DNA of 64,000 bases from positions 7,206,720 to 7,270,719 of the forward strand of contig MU057347.1 of the NCBI GenBank assembly GCA_013239625.1, in the 5' to 3' direction. The position numbers were made by a program, and so were the translations under genes. This stretch comes from Lama guanicoe (lineage: Eukaryota). The notes beneath the pieces are model-generated. The model was not told where the DNA came from. It saw only the letters and a list, made by a program, of their open reading frames with translations, and did no database searches. This document shows, in pieces, positions 36,590-48,970 of this stretch. Within the stretch, counting starts at the first letter, position 1; each line of letters begins with the position of its first letter.

Positions 36590-37060
36590 CCTGATGGATA
36601 GAAGAGTCATCTTCACAAAGACTGGGAAAAATGGCTTTTAATATCAGTTCTTAAGAAAGAAAGTATGGCCCCTATAAACTGTTAAACTTCACTTTATTGA
36701 CCATAAATCTGTATTTTGCTCAATGCAAAAGTTTTTCATCTTGTACAGAAAAATTGCTGAAACAGCGACAACTGCCGAAAACAAGAAGTTTTCTCTTACG
36801 GACAATTTATATGAAAAAGTTATTGAATTTCTGGTTAGGGAGGCCAGGCCAGGCATCTTGAGGCTCCCCCACCCCCACCCCCCAGGGCCAGGCCAGCGGG
36901 TGCCAGACGTGACCAGTTGCTGATCAATGTCAAGAGAAAATTAACCAATTGTAAGTCTATTAAGTTGTGGGCACCAGGGATTTCAAAGCCCGGAGCAAAG
37001 ACGCATTTCTCCCTGCGGACATTAAACTGAGGCTTTCTTTGCTGAAAGTGCAGCCAGGCT
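36590..37060. promoter_or_regulatory. Candidate PBX-HOX/MEIS enhancer / CNE
   Basis: CCATAAATCT (36701), TGATCAAT overlapping TGTCA (36921-36932), TTTATTG, AATTAA; repeat-free. Confidence 0.55.
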
Positions 37061-37872
37061 TTCTGCCAAAGGAAGGGAGGGAAGAGCTGGTCTAGGGGAG
37101 CACCTACTAGCTACTAGGTGCCTTCCCAGTTATTGTTCCCTTTAATTCTGGGAACAACCCCGAGAGGGAGCTTTATCAGCCACGTGTTACACACAAGCAG
37201 ATGGGAAATGAGAGAGGTCGAGTAACTTATTTAAAGCCTCACAGCTTGGAAGTTACTGATTAATTTCTCTGAGCCTCAGTTTCCCCATCCATTAAAAGAA
37301 TCTGAAAGTCATTAGCCCAGCACTGGCCTGTGTTGGTCTCAGGAAATGACTGCTTCCCTCCTGAAGTCGGGGAGGTGCTGAGCAGAGATGTGAAGCCAAA
37401 GCTTGCTAAGATCCATACTTTCTCCCCAACAGAAATTGCCCCCTTATCAGTCTCCCTGAAACCAGTCTCCTTAAGGAAGTTGGACCTCCTGTGTGTATCT
37501 GGGACAAAGGAACAATGTTCTGCCCAAAGAAAGTCAACACACCACAGAGAGTGTGCATTTTGACCAGGACTTGGCAGGATCCTTCAAAATACCTCCTTTC
37601 ACTGATTTAAGTGCTAGAAATTTTAGCATTAGAGCACCACATTCTTGAATTAAGGCATTATCCCATGTCAAAATGAAGACTCCTGATTAAGTTAACATAT
37701 TTGTAATCCATAACATCAGAGTGGGAGAGGCTCTCCAGAATTATCTAGCCCAAGAAGAGCATGTAAGGCCATCTAGTGAACCAAGTCCTACTGATTGGTT
37801 GTGACTGCCTGAAGGGCTGTGTTGAGAAGGACTCTGATGTAGGATCTAGGCTCCATGGGAAAGAGTGTAGTA

Positions 37873-38054
37873 CAGCTGACACTTGAACAACTCGGGTTTG
37901 AACTGAAGGGTCCACTTATACTGTGGATATTGTCCAATAGTAAATACAACGGACTTACCACATAGTCGGTGGTTGGTTGAATACTTAGACGTGGAGGAAC
38001 CACATCTCTAAGTTATATGTGGACTCACCCTTCCTGTTGTTTAAGGGTCAAGTG
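37873..38054 (+). mobile_element. Tigger2-family (Tc1/mariner) MITE
   Basis: TIRs 'cagctgacacttgaacaac' / 'gttgtttaagggtcaagtg' with TA on both sides (37871-37872, 38055-38056). Confidence 0.88.
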
Positions 38055-38109
38055 TATTCTACCAGTTGCTTTAGGCAGGAAAGCAACTTAGCAGAGATGC
38101 TTATGAAAG

Positions 38110-38485
38110 TCCCTTCAATGGTCTCCTAACCTCCAGTCTCCCTGTTCTCCTTGCCCCCTTCAAAATACCTTCTCAATAAAGCTGCCAAAGTGATCTGTCT
38201 AACACAGAGATACAATCACATTAATCCTCCCATTCAATACCCTTCAATTTACCAGGAGGACAAAGTGCAAAGCCTTCATGGGCTGCTCCTGCCTCTCTCT
38301 CCAGCTGCACATCCCGTCACTCCCCTCCCATGCCACACTCTGTGGTACTCAACTACTTTTCTTTCCCCAAGACACCCCATGTTTTCTCACACCACCACAC
38401 TTTTTTTTTTCACACCAATCTACATAGAACAACTTCTCTCAGCCTGCCCAAATGGCAACTCCTCTTCATCCCTCAAAACCTAACA
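38110..38485 (+). mobile_element. LINE-2 fragment
   Basis: 'ggtctcctaacctccagtctc', 'gctgccaaagtgatct', 'aactcctcttcatccctcaa'. Confidence 0.7.
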
Positions 38486-38933
38486 CAAGAGTGAATCCTG
38501 GGGTTCGGGTGGTAGGGGCAGGGGGCAGGGGACAGGAAGAGAGACGATAGCTCTTAAAGGGAAAAAGTAAAACTAATTCCATCTGCTCAATATTCAGTGA
38601 GCAAATATGGTACAAATCTGGAGCAGAATTGTTAGCTGCTTTGAGTTAAGGAGCTGCCTAGGAGGAAGGTCAAAGCAAAGACTTGAATTCAAATCCCAAG
38701 TTCATGCATTCACTCAGTAGACACTGGCAGACATACTTGGTTCTAGGTGCTTTGCTCAGAGCTGCCCTTCAAGAATTTCCGGGCTGGGCATTGGCAGAGC
38801 AGAAACCCAGCACTGGAGGACACAGTGGTGACTGCTGATTAAAGCCAGCCAGGAAGGACTCAGAAAGGTTTCCCAGAGCAAATGACAAAGACACTGCCCC
38901 TCCAGAAGGAACAAAAGCATTTCAAGTGGACAG

Positions 38934-39075
38934 AACAGTGGCGAACTGGGGCCACGAGTATCCGTGAGCCAGTTACGGGTATCTCTTCCCAACGTCACAT
39001 CAGGCTGGAGATCGACCGAGGTAGTAGTCGTCATGCCATGGAAACTGCCACAAATCAGGGCTTTTCCGCCAGAGA
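38934..39075 (+). mobile_element. MER63-family hAT MITE, degenerate
   Basis: 'cagtggcgaactgg', 'atctcttcccaac', 'acaaatcagggctttt'. Confidence 0.6.
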
Positions 39076-40819
39076 TTGAGGAAGTCAGTGGTCAAGCCTT
39101 AGGTCTGATCGGACTTGGAGAATGAGAGACAGGGATGATGGAGAGGCAGGATATGGAGGGTGAGAGAGTTCCTGACTTAAGAGAGCAAGTGGGTGGTGGG
39201 ATCATTTGCTATGAGCTGGACAGAGGAAGAGAAGCAGGCTTAGAGGGAAAGGTGACGCTGGTTTGAGATCTCTGTGAGACACCCATGGGGACACATCCAA
39301 TAGGCAGCTGGATGGAGAGTGAAAACTCAGGAAAGAGAGTGGAACTGAAATCACCCACCTAGGCCAGGATGCTCGGGAACACTGAATGGTGCCCTCCTGT
39401 ATCCACTACGGATGCCCCTCTGTGAAATAACAGCCCCAGGAACCTGCTCCACTGCTGTATTCTCTCCTCCTTCCAGACCCTCACAGAGAAAGGTGTGTAC
39501 TCGCTGAAGCCCTAAAGTCTCATTAAGAAGTCAGAAGAAACCCAGCTTCCCAGAGGCCACACCTGTGACACCTGTAGTACCTTCATTTCTTCGCATCCTC
39601 ATACACATTTCTAGTAGTTTCTTATCTGAAAAAAAATGAATCAAGGAGAATTCACTCAGCAGTGACCATACACAGGGGACTATCCTGAGCACGTCACATG
39701 AGTTAACTCATTCAGGCCTTACGTGGTCTTATTTCCTCCATTTTTGCCCATGAGAAGTCCAAGCCTCAACAAGGTCCCTTGGCTTCCTTAAGGCCACAGA
39801 GCAAATAAGTTGCTCAAGTATGTTTGGATATCTTCCTAGTGCCAAAACCTTAGCCGAGACATCGTGGCACCTGAATGCCTTTACAAACTGCTACTGACGT
39901 GGGATGGCGTTTCACTTTTCCACAATAAAAATGAGCCTCTTATTTTACATCCGGGCATAACTGTCAACTGCCTTTCTTAGGATGGACTGTCCTTGCTTCC
40001 TATGGGCAGGGGTGTTCAAATGCACCTGCAGGAAGATGGCTGTTTGCCTTCTTTTTTCTCTATGTCCTTACTTGGCAAAATAAAACATTGTCAGCCTTGT
40101 GCGGGTTCTCCAAACGATTCTTTTCACATTTCCTGGAATCCAAAGTGCTGGGAACAACTTTAGAAGCCCCATGCTGAAAACTCAAAAAGGCGAGAGCAGA
40201 GGCAATTCAGCCCTTCACTGTCAACACCCTTGGAAGGTGCATGGGAACAGCAGAGACATGCAAGGATCCTTGCTTTCCTCCCAGGGGCCGCATCACCCCC
40301 GCTGTCCCCGGCCTCACACAGAAGGAACACACAAACAACCTTCCATGTGACAGTGGCTGGCTCGGAACTCGCTACAAAGAGAGAGGAAAGCTTATCTCAC
40401 AAAGATCGTTTTTTTAAATTCCATTTCCATCTGTTGAAACAAGATAGAGGGAATTAAGAGATGAATACAAACAACAGAATCTAACAGTATACCACTTCTA
40501 TCCTCTCTTCCCCAGACAAGTGCTCTACCCAGCCAGCTCAGGGGCAGGGAGGTTTTCTCTTAAGTCTTCGAGGTCATCAAACAGGACTATCTAGGGACTC
40601 CAGGTCGGCAGGCTGCTTTTTGACCTCCCCAGCCAACCTGGGGGAGCCCCCAGCATTCTGATGTCTTCCTCCCTCTGTCTAGCCGTGGCTTCCTGTGCTC
40701 AGAGCTTCTCCTCATCCTCCCCCTCCCTGGAGAAAAGAAGAGTCTGCAGCTACAGAAAACAATGTATTGGGTCCTGCTTTGTGTCTAGCAAGTTCAAGCA
40801 TGCGATTTCACTTCATATT

Positions 40820-41562
40820 GTGTGGCTACTGTGGAAAACATACGGAGGTTCCTCAAAAATGAAAAACTGAACTACCATGCGATACAGCAATCCCACTGCT
40901 GAGTGTGTATCTGAAGGAAATGAAATCACTATCTCAAAGAGATATCTGCACCTCCATGTTCATTGCAGAATTATTTACAATGGGCATGACGTGGAAACCA
41001 TCTAAGTGTCCATTGATAGATGAATGGCTAAAGAAGATGTGCTACACCTACACAATGGAATATTATTCAGCTACAAAAAGGAAAGAAATTCTGCTATTTG
41101 CAACAACATGGACGGACTTTGAGGGCATTATGCCAAGTGAAATAAGTCAGACGGAGAAAGACAAATACTGGATGATGTCACTTGTATATGGAATCTCAAA
41201 AAAGCCAAATTCATATATGGAAACAGAGTAAAGAGGTGGTTGCCAAGGGCTGGTGGGTGAAAAGAGGAGATGGATACAAANNNNNNNNNNNNNNNNNNNN
41301 NNNNNNNNNNNNNNNNNNNNNNNNNNNNNNNNNNNNNNNNNNNNNNNNNNNNNNNNNNNNNNNNNNNNNNNNNNNNNNNNNNNNNNNNNNNNNNNNNNNN
41401 NNNNNNNNNNNNNAAAGATAATTAAGTGAGGTGAAGGATGCATTCACTAACCTTATTGTGGTAACTATTTCACTATATATATGTGTATCAAATCAACACA
41501 TTGTATACCATAAACTTACACAACATATGTTAGTAACATCCCAATAAATCTGAGAAAAAAAA
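40820..41562 (+). mobile_element. L1MA9-like L1 3' end
   Basis: ORF 40905-41231 'QRDICTSMFIAELFT..WKPSKCPLIDEW..MEYYSA' is L1 ORF2 C-terminus; 3'UTR and A-tail follow. Confidence 0.93.
41281..41413. other. N-run, 133 bp, inside L1MA9-like 3'UTR
   Basis: Flanks colinear with an L1M 3'UTR. Confidence 1.
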
Positions 41563-41564
41563 GG

Positions 41565-41760
41565 AACTGGAGTCAGAAAGCCTCAGCTTTAATACTGACT
41601 CTACCACTTACACTAGTTTATAACCCTGGATATCTCCAGGACCTCTCTGAGCCTCAGTTTTCTCTCCTGTGAAATGGGGATGAGGACAGTGGCACCTCAT
41701 AGCATTGCTCTAAGGGTTGAATAAAAGAACATATGTAAATTGCCTGGCACATTGATGAAT
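41565..41760 (+). mobile_element. MIR SINE
   Basis: 'ctggagtcaga...acctctctgagcctcagttttctctcctgtgaaatggggat'. Confidence 0.85.
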
Positions 41761-42315
41761 GTCCTATCATGTACCGGACACTGTGCTAGACTCTGCAGAT
41801 TCAAAGACAAGTAGGACAGAGATCCTGACCCCTCAGGATTGACAGAAGAGATCAGTGTTTGACAGAGGGGCATCTATATGCTCCGAAGTGTCACAAGGGC
41901 ACAGAGGAGGGAAAGATCAGCCATGGGGGAAGGGGTTGGGGCAGGTTTCAGCAGAAATGTGTTGAAAAGCACAATCTAGCCAACAAATTGCTTTACCTGC
42001 TATAAGGAATGAAAATGATAAGATACACAGTAGAAAAAAATTTATTGTTTTCTTTAAATACAACACTCAGATATAACCTGGAAGTATATTTTCTCACTAA
42101 ATGTCAATATTCATCAACTATCCTCAGTCACTGTCTAACTAAATAACGTATCTAGGTCTCAGCTAGGTGCTCAGACAATGGAAGGACAAAGGCAGCAGAG
42201 CTGAGGGCCCCAGCCCAGAGGAGGCCAAGGACAGTGGCCCCAGCTGAGGACAGGCACCGCAGACCACGGAACAGCCTAGCTCACAAGACCTCAACAAGGA
42301 AGCCCAGGGCCAGGG

Positions 42316-42752
42316 TGTTAGCTAAGCTTAGGTTTACTTGTGTGTAACAGCAAATCCAAAACAATGGCAAGGAGAGAAATTTCTGTCTCTCTCATAGAAG
42401 TCCAGGTGGGCAATCCAGGACTGGTTTAACCCTCCACCAAGACAGGGGCCTGGGCTTCTCTCTGTTGCTCTGCCATTGTGGCCTCATCTCTGTGGCCAGA
42501 GTTGGAGCTCCAGACATCATGTGCATGATGCAGGCAGGGGGATAAAGGAAGTGGGCAGAAGAGCTAAGAATACCACTTACTTTTCCACCTGCATCCCATT
42601 GACCAGACCAAGTCACATGACCGAGTCACATGGCTACAACTAGCGTCAAGGAAATGTAGTCTTTCTTCCAGGCAGCCATGTGCCCAGCCAACAGTTCCAT
42701 TAACTATGGAAGAAGAGGGACTGAGTTGGGCTCAACTAGCAGTCTCTGCCAG
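42316..42752 (-). mobile_element. MLT1J-like MaLR LTR
   Basis: 'ggagctccagacatcatg', 'agtcacatggctac', 'ggaaatgtagtcttt', 'cagccatgtgcccagc'. Confidence 0.8.
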
Positions 42753-42827
42753 CCAAAGATTTCTTGGCCAAAGAGAGATTTAAGGCCTCAGGTCCAGGAG
42801 GGCTCTGACATACGGGCATCTAGAGGA

Positions 42828-43380
42828 TGGGGTTAGACAGCATTTCTAGAAATGGCCCCCAACATTCTGTGCCCCCTAATCCCTGGAACCTGTGAGTGTG
42901 ATGAGAAAGCATTCATTATGTTGTACTTAACGGCACATTTGACTTGAAAAGGGAAATTTTCCAGGTGAAACCTAAACGAATGGCATGATTGCTTCAAAGC
43001 AGGGAACTTTCTCCCGCTGGTGACACAGGAGGAAGTCAGATTTCAAGCTCTGTTGCTGGCTTGAAGATGGAGGAGGCCACATGAGAAGGAAGGTGGAGGG
43101 TCTTTGGAGCAGACAGCAGCCCCAGCTGGCAGCCAGGACAGTGTGAGAAACCTGGATTCTGCCAACAACCTGCATTCACATGGAAACAAAGTCTTTCCCA
43201 GAGAGTTCAGATAGGAGCCCAGCCCAGCTGTCTCCTTGATTTCAGCTTTGTGACACCCTGAGCACAGAACCCAGCCAAGTCTGCCTGGACTTCAGCCTAG
43301 AGCTCAGTGATCTAATAGCTGGGTATTGCTTTAAACCACTAAGTTTGTGGTAACTTGTTCTGCAGTATATATAACTGATA
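42828..43380 (+). mobile_element. MLT1E-like MaLR LTR
   Basis: 'taatccctggaacctgtga', 'tgttgctggcttgaagatggagg', 'ggattctgccaacaacctg', 'actaagtttgtggtaacttgtt...aactgata(ca)'. Confidence 0.88.
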
Positions 43381-46156
43381 CATAGATACGGACAGACAGA
43401 CAGAGAGAGAGAGAGAGGGAGAGGAGAACCATGTGTGAGGTTCAAGGCCTGAGCAGAGTACATCACTGCCCCTCACATTCATCAGCCAGAATCAGACAAC
43501 AGCCCACCTGACAGCAAGCAAAGCTGTGAGCCTAGGAGAGAAAGGAAATGGGGTGGGGGGTTGGTGGCACTCCTTAAAAACTCCCCATTCCCAATCTCCG
43601 ACGAATGTAGAAGAAGGCAAGACGTTCCAGAAGTCCGGAGCATGAGTATCTCTATCCCCAAGATGAGGACAGATTCGAAAACTGTAGAGCAGAGAGTTTG
43701 GTAACCCTGGCCAGGCCCCCAGCTTTCCCATCCACACTTAACGCTCTGAAGTTCACCAAAAGCCTCTTCAACGGGTCACCCAAGGGGACTTTTCTTTCCT
43801 CTTCTGACCCCTTCTCTTCGGGCCTCTAGTCCATTTCCACTGCATCTTGACCCTTCCCCCATGCAACACTGGTCTTCTCTTTAAAATAAGGTGGGAGGAC
43901 AGGGAGGGGACAGGCATCACCGTCCTTGGAGGGCTGGGCGTGGACCATGCCCTCCGGCCCCTCTGCATGCCGCCTCAACACCATCCAGCCAGGGGCTGGG
44001 CACATAGAGAAGCTGCCTGCAGCTTCCCTCACACCAAGGTCCAGATGTGCCTGGACCTGGTCACCAGATTGGCCATGTCAGTAGAGATAAGGTCTTTGCC
44101 TCCACAAGGATGCTCATTTTCTCCTAAGAGGCCCAGAGGGTTGGCTGACGCCCTCTCCACATGCCCTGACAGCCCGGCGGCGACGGGGAGCGGAGGGACT
44201 GAAATTTCACTTTCTCAGAAACAGCAGATTCAGCAACTGTGGCTGCTACAGGAGACGCAGGTCTGTGCCGGCTTGCTTTCTCTGGGCCTTTATCGCCATA
44301 CAAAGAGCAAGAGCTATTAGGTCCTGTCCGGCGGCCAAGGACTCACCTCGTCTGGCGTGGGTGAAATGATACCCGGCCTCCAGGGTGGGAGACGCCTCCT
44401 TCCCCCCCACCGGCACTCACACTGCTGGGGTCGGCTCCGCCCTGCCCCTTGTGAGCGGTTCCCAGCCAGGATGGAACCCACCCAGCAATCTTGGACTCCC
44501 AGAGAATCAGGTCCCTTCCAGAAACTGAGCCAAGTTTGGACCCCATGGGAAAAGCTGTAATGGGGACAGAAATCACGTCTCCAAACTTGGAATCCTGGCG
44601 CCAGTGTCAAAAACACTGGAATTCGGTCAGTGCGGACCCAGAACCACCCAGATCTTACCAGCCCTGGTTGGGACTCTGAGGCTGGATGAAAGCAGATGGG
44701 AAACCAGGGAGATGGGCAGGAAGGAGGTGCTGCTGACCACAGCCAGCCTCCTGCCCCCAGGACTCCCTCTCCACTTGGATCTGGGCTTCTGGTTCCTTCT
44801 GCTGGGCTCCATGAACAGTGCTTATATTGTCCTTTGCCCCAGCCCCTCAGCATGCCCTAAATCGGCCCCCTCCCAGCGTCCTTTCTGAACAGCCTGAGAA
44901 AGGACCCTCAGCTCACCTGGGTCTGAGACACCCTCCTTTTTATACCCTCAGGCAAGGACCCACGGGGTCTGTCTGCTCAGCCCACTTACCAAGTCCCCAG
45001 ACAGTCCTAGATGTGTTTCCTTCCCTCCTTCCTTTGATAACCTCTCCCTGAACACCTCATTTGCTCAGCTCTGGAGGCAAAAGCTGACCAGCACTCCCTC
45101 TCTGCCCTCCACCAGCTCTTAAACTCCTAGAGAAAGGAGATACGTGCAAAAATAATGACAATGACAAGGTAGTGTTCAACATTTTTTGAGTACCGACTAT
45201 GAGCTAGACCCTGGAAAACGTGCACTCTGATACAAAGATGGCTGTGATCCCATCGCTCGGAGAGAAAAAGAAATATCAACTCACAACTTATCACTCTGCT
45301 ACCAGTTCATCCCAACTACTGAGAGCAAAGATCCCCCGCCCCAAATCCTTCCCGGGGTTCGCCTGGCAGATGAGTGGAGGACACATTTACTGGTGGTTGG
45401 GAGTTCGTAGCAGGTGCCACTGGTACATTACCCGCCCCCGTGAACGTCAGAGGTTTCCTACTGCAAGAACTCAAGACCCTCTTCTGGAACTTCTTCTCTG
45501 GCCCCAGAGCCCACTGAGGACCCCGGCCCCAGGTAGGGCAGGCCAGACACACCAGGAAGCTGGCGCCCTTCCCACCCACCTCCCACCCCAGAGTGCCCCC
45601 CAACAGTGACAGAGGAGAGCTGGTGGCTAAATGCTCCAGCTTCTTTTCTCCTGGAGGTGGTGGGGGTAACACGTGTCCCACATGTTCTCCCAGAGGTCCC
45701 CAGCAGGATCGTGCCTCAGTGATACAAAACAACACCCTGCTCACGAACGCACCCTGTGTAGACCTCCTTCCCTTCCCTAGCCCACTCACAATCCTGGCCA
45801 GGGCCCCCCAGGCTCACCTCCCAAGGTAACCACTTGCGCCTGACTTCTTCTTTCAAGGGCTGCTTTGGGAGGATCCCAGCCTAAAGCAGCATCCAAAGTC
45901 TTCCCCACATCCTGGTCCTCCATAGGCAAGCGCCTGCTTGGCCCCCAGGCGTCCTGTGCCCCAGCCAGCTATGTCTTCCTCCTCCTCCTCCTCAGATACA
46001 CCAAGATCACTGCCCTGACTGGGGTCCAGCCTGGGACCTCACCTTCCCTGTGCTGCTCCCAAACGCTGCTCAAAAGATTTATTTCCTCTGAGGGACATTC
46101 GAGTTAACTCTCCCACAAAGTCACCCCAGCCATCCCTGTCCTGGAGGAGCGATGCA

Positions 46157-46206
46157 GTGTGTGTGTGTGTGTGTGTGCGTGCATGTGCGCACGTGTGTGT
46201 GTGTGT
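46157..46206 (+). repeat. Compound (GT)n microsatellite
   Basis: 50 bp of unbroken purine/pyrimidine alternation. Confidence 0.97.
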
Positions 46207-46485
46207 TCATACTCACATACGTTCATATGTGCACACTGATCGCCCCTCCTTCCCTGCCTGCTCAGGGGAGCTCTGCCCATGCCAACAGGGTCCTGAACCC
46301 TCGCTGGGTAAATGGAGGAAAGGCAGAGTGGGTGGGGGATCCAAAAATCCTGAGAAACACATTATTCCTTTATTTCTGAAATCCTTTCTTGAGGAAGAAA
46401 AAAAGGATAGATTCAGCAGAAGGGGAGAAGTGGTGAGAGCCAGCAAAGACTCAGTTTGAAAGAATTGGGAGGTGTTTTGTGAGGT

Positions 46486-46542
46486 GAGAGAGGAGAGAGA
46501 GAGAGGGAGGGAGGGAGAGAGAGAGAGGAGGAGGAGGAGAAG
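46486..46542 (+). repeat. Pure polypurine (GA/GGA) tract
   Basis: 57 consecutive purines. Confidence 0.97.
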
Positions 46543-46559
46543 TCAGGGACCACTCTCAG

Positions 46560-47560
46560 CCTGAACTGTTTGGCTACTGAGGAGAAAATAAATAATAATT
46601 CCTTTTTTTTTTTAAGTTTTATGTTTTGCCTCCTGGGAAGCAACCCTTTCTTTGTTATTTTTTTCAGTCTTCCATAAAATGATATGTGTTTTTTGTGGCT
46701 ATTGGCAACACCATGGCCTCAAAACAAGCCAGCTCGATGCGACACCACATCTTAAAACCTTAAAATGGAGGTTAAAATCTCTATTTTAACCCTGAAACCA
46801 AGGCCCCCAATTGGGTCCTTTCCTCAGCCCCTAAGGACAGGGTGGTGGCCATCCTGGGCCCACATCCATGGTCCCCAGGCCAGAGCCAGCAACGGCCCTG
46901 CCGCCCAGCCCCGTGGTCCCAGCTCTCTCCCACCTTGCCCAGAGTCTGACAAGCCACCCTAATGCATTGACTGTGGCCTTTGCTGGAGGGGCTAAATATA
47001 AAACTTTGCTGCACTCCTCTTATCAAAGTTAAAAGCTTTTCATGTCTGTGTTAATGTTTTTTTCTGTCTGCTGGCTCCAGTGACAGATGCGGCATCTTGT
47101 GCTGAGTAACTAGAGAGTGAACGGCTGGCAGGGGCCGGGGAGGTAGGGCTAATTTATCTCGGAGAGTTTAAGCAGGATGACATGGCTGGGAAAAGGAGGG
47201 GGCAAGGCTGTCACCTGATTACTGATTCCAAGATTTCTCCTCCGAGAGGGAGAAGGAGTGAGCGAGGATGAAGGGAACAAAAGGCAAATCAATAAACAGG
47301 TTAGCGTCTGCGTTATTATTAACTCTCGGCCTGTCAGCGCCCCATTGAAGCGATCGCTCGGGGCAGCCTCGGATTTAATGGTCAGTGCAATAGATTTACT
47401 GTAAATGTTATCAGAGGCAGGGCAGGGGCAGGGGGCGCGGGGAGGCCCTCATTGACAAATCATTGGATTGAGCCTGGAATGCATGAAGCCATTTCTGACC
47501 GTGCATAAATAACCCAGAGCTTAGGTCCTGGGTGGCAGCTCCTCCATCTGATTTAAATGT
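46560..47560. promoter_or_regulatory. Strong candidate conserved enhancer (PBX/HOX/MEIS grammar)
   Basis: About 1 kb repeat-free; three MEIS hexamers, AAATCAATAAAC, GGATTTAATGG, retained CpGs. Confidence 0.6.
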
Positions 47561-48067
47561 TGCACCCGCCTTTCCCTGCATCCTTCGTTTTTGGAATGTT
47601 CCAGAAGCCAGGTTTCCCTTCAGTCTTTCCAAGGGCCTCCAAGTCTGGCCCTTGGGAAAACTGCAAAAGGACAGGCAATAGGTCTGCCCCAGGAGCCTCG
47701 GAGATCCAAGGAGAGTCAGCGAGCCAGGAACAACTCCAGACTTCAGAAATGGGACCAAGGGTCTGAGGCTGCCCTTGAGCAGGTGAGAGGCCTCTGAAAG
47801 GTTCTTGAGCTCAGAGATGCCTTCCTGATGTCCCTTCTGATCACTCTTCAGTCCCTGCTTCCTCTGATCCTCCTACCTCCTGTACTTCTAACAGCAAATG
47901 CTTTAGACCCCAAGGCTTGGGGAAGACTTTGACCAAGTCCATTCATCAGAGTGCAAGTTGCTGACCTATCCTATTGCCAGGAGCCGTGGCAGAACAGGAA
48001 TCCAGGCATAAGTAGAGTAGAGACAGTAGCCAGAGAGCAAGGTCAAGCAGCCTGCTGTTTTTCAGAG

Positions 48068-48176
48068 CAGGGCCACTGTGTACAGTTGTTCAGGCTGTAC
48101 ACTGCACAAGTCTAGAGGCTGTCATTCATGTCACAGTCCATGTAAATGGCACTCTCTGGAGCTGTGCAGCAGTCCT
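48068..48176 (+). mobile_element. MER91A-like hAT-Tip100 MITE
   Basis: 'cagggccactgtgtacagttgttcaggctgtacactgcacaa...cattca...aatggcactctctggagctgtgcag'. Confidence 0.75.
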
Positions 48177-48664
48177 AACAGAAAGGCAACACCAAAGGGG
48201 GCAATGGAGGGTAACAGCCACCCACACAAGTGAACACTGAGCCTTTCCGTAGGTTCCAGCTAGAGTCATGGGGATAGCCAGCCATGGGTTGTCTAAACAG
48301 TTGAGAGGGTTTTTAAAGCCTCCTAGGAACTTGGACCATTGAGAAGTGTTTCTGCTGGCATTTGGTTGAGAACGAGCCCGGGAGAACAGTCACCTGAGTG
48401 AGTGCAGACTTTCTTTTAGCTGTGCTGACCATATTTTTTTAAACCAACCATATAGACTCAAAGCCTAGCAAGGGGTTTTTGTTCCACTTATGGGGACAGA
48501 AGCTCAGAGGCAGAAATGTTCTACTCTCTCGGGTATTGAGATTATAACTGGGGTCAAAAGCAGAACACTTAGCATCTGGATTCTCAAGATTAACACGAAG
48601 TGTCAAGGTGGTGCAAGCTCAGAACCCCCTCTCTCCGCCCCTTGGCCCTGGAGCACCTAAGGAC

Positions 48665-48970
48665 TACCTTAGCTTGGGTTCTCCTAAATGGAGTCCCTAA
48701 GACAAGAAGTCAAGAGGTCATTTATCAGGGAGGTGAACCAAGGAAGCAAACGTGAGGGAGGAAAACCAGTCCCCGGCAGGTGCATCATTGAGCAGATTAC
48801 TGGAGTGGTGCCTGCTGGAGGCTGAGCATGTTCCTGTGTTACCAGGGAGAGCCCTCAAGCCTAGAAAAAGAGAGGCATGGGGCTTAAGAGACCAAAGGAA
48901 TTGTCTGCAGCCACAGGTGGACTCTGGTCGGTCCAGTGGATGCAAAGCAGGGCATCAGTAGCGTCCTCTA
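48665..48970 (-). mobile_element. LTR16-like ERVL LTR, internally deleted
   Basis: 'ttgggttctcc...ccctaagacaag...tttatcagggaggtgaaccaaggaagca', end 'gggcatcagtagcgtcctctaca'. Confidence 0.65.

Noticed and set aside
40905-41231. L1 ORF2-like ORFs (also 21499-21783, 28217-28531, 58234-58725)
   Set aside because: Decayed C-terminal remnants of 5'-truncated L1 copies, not functional genes.
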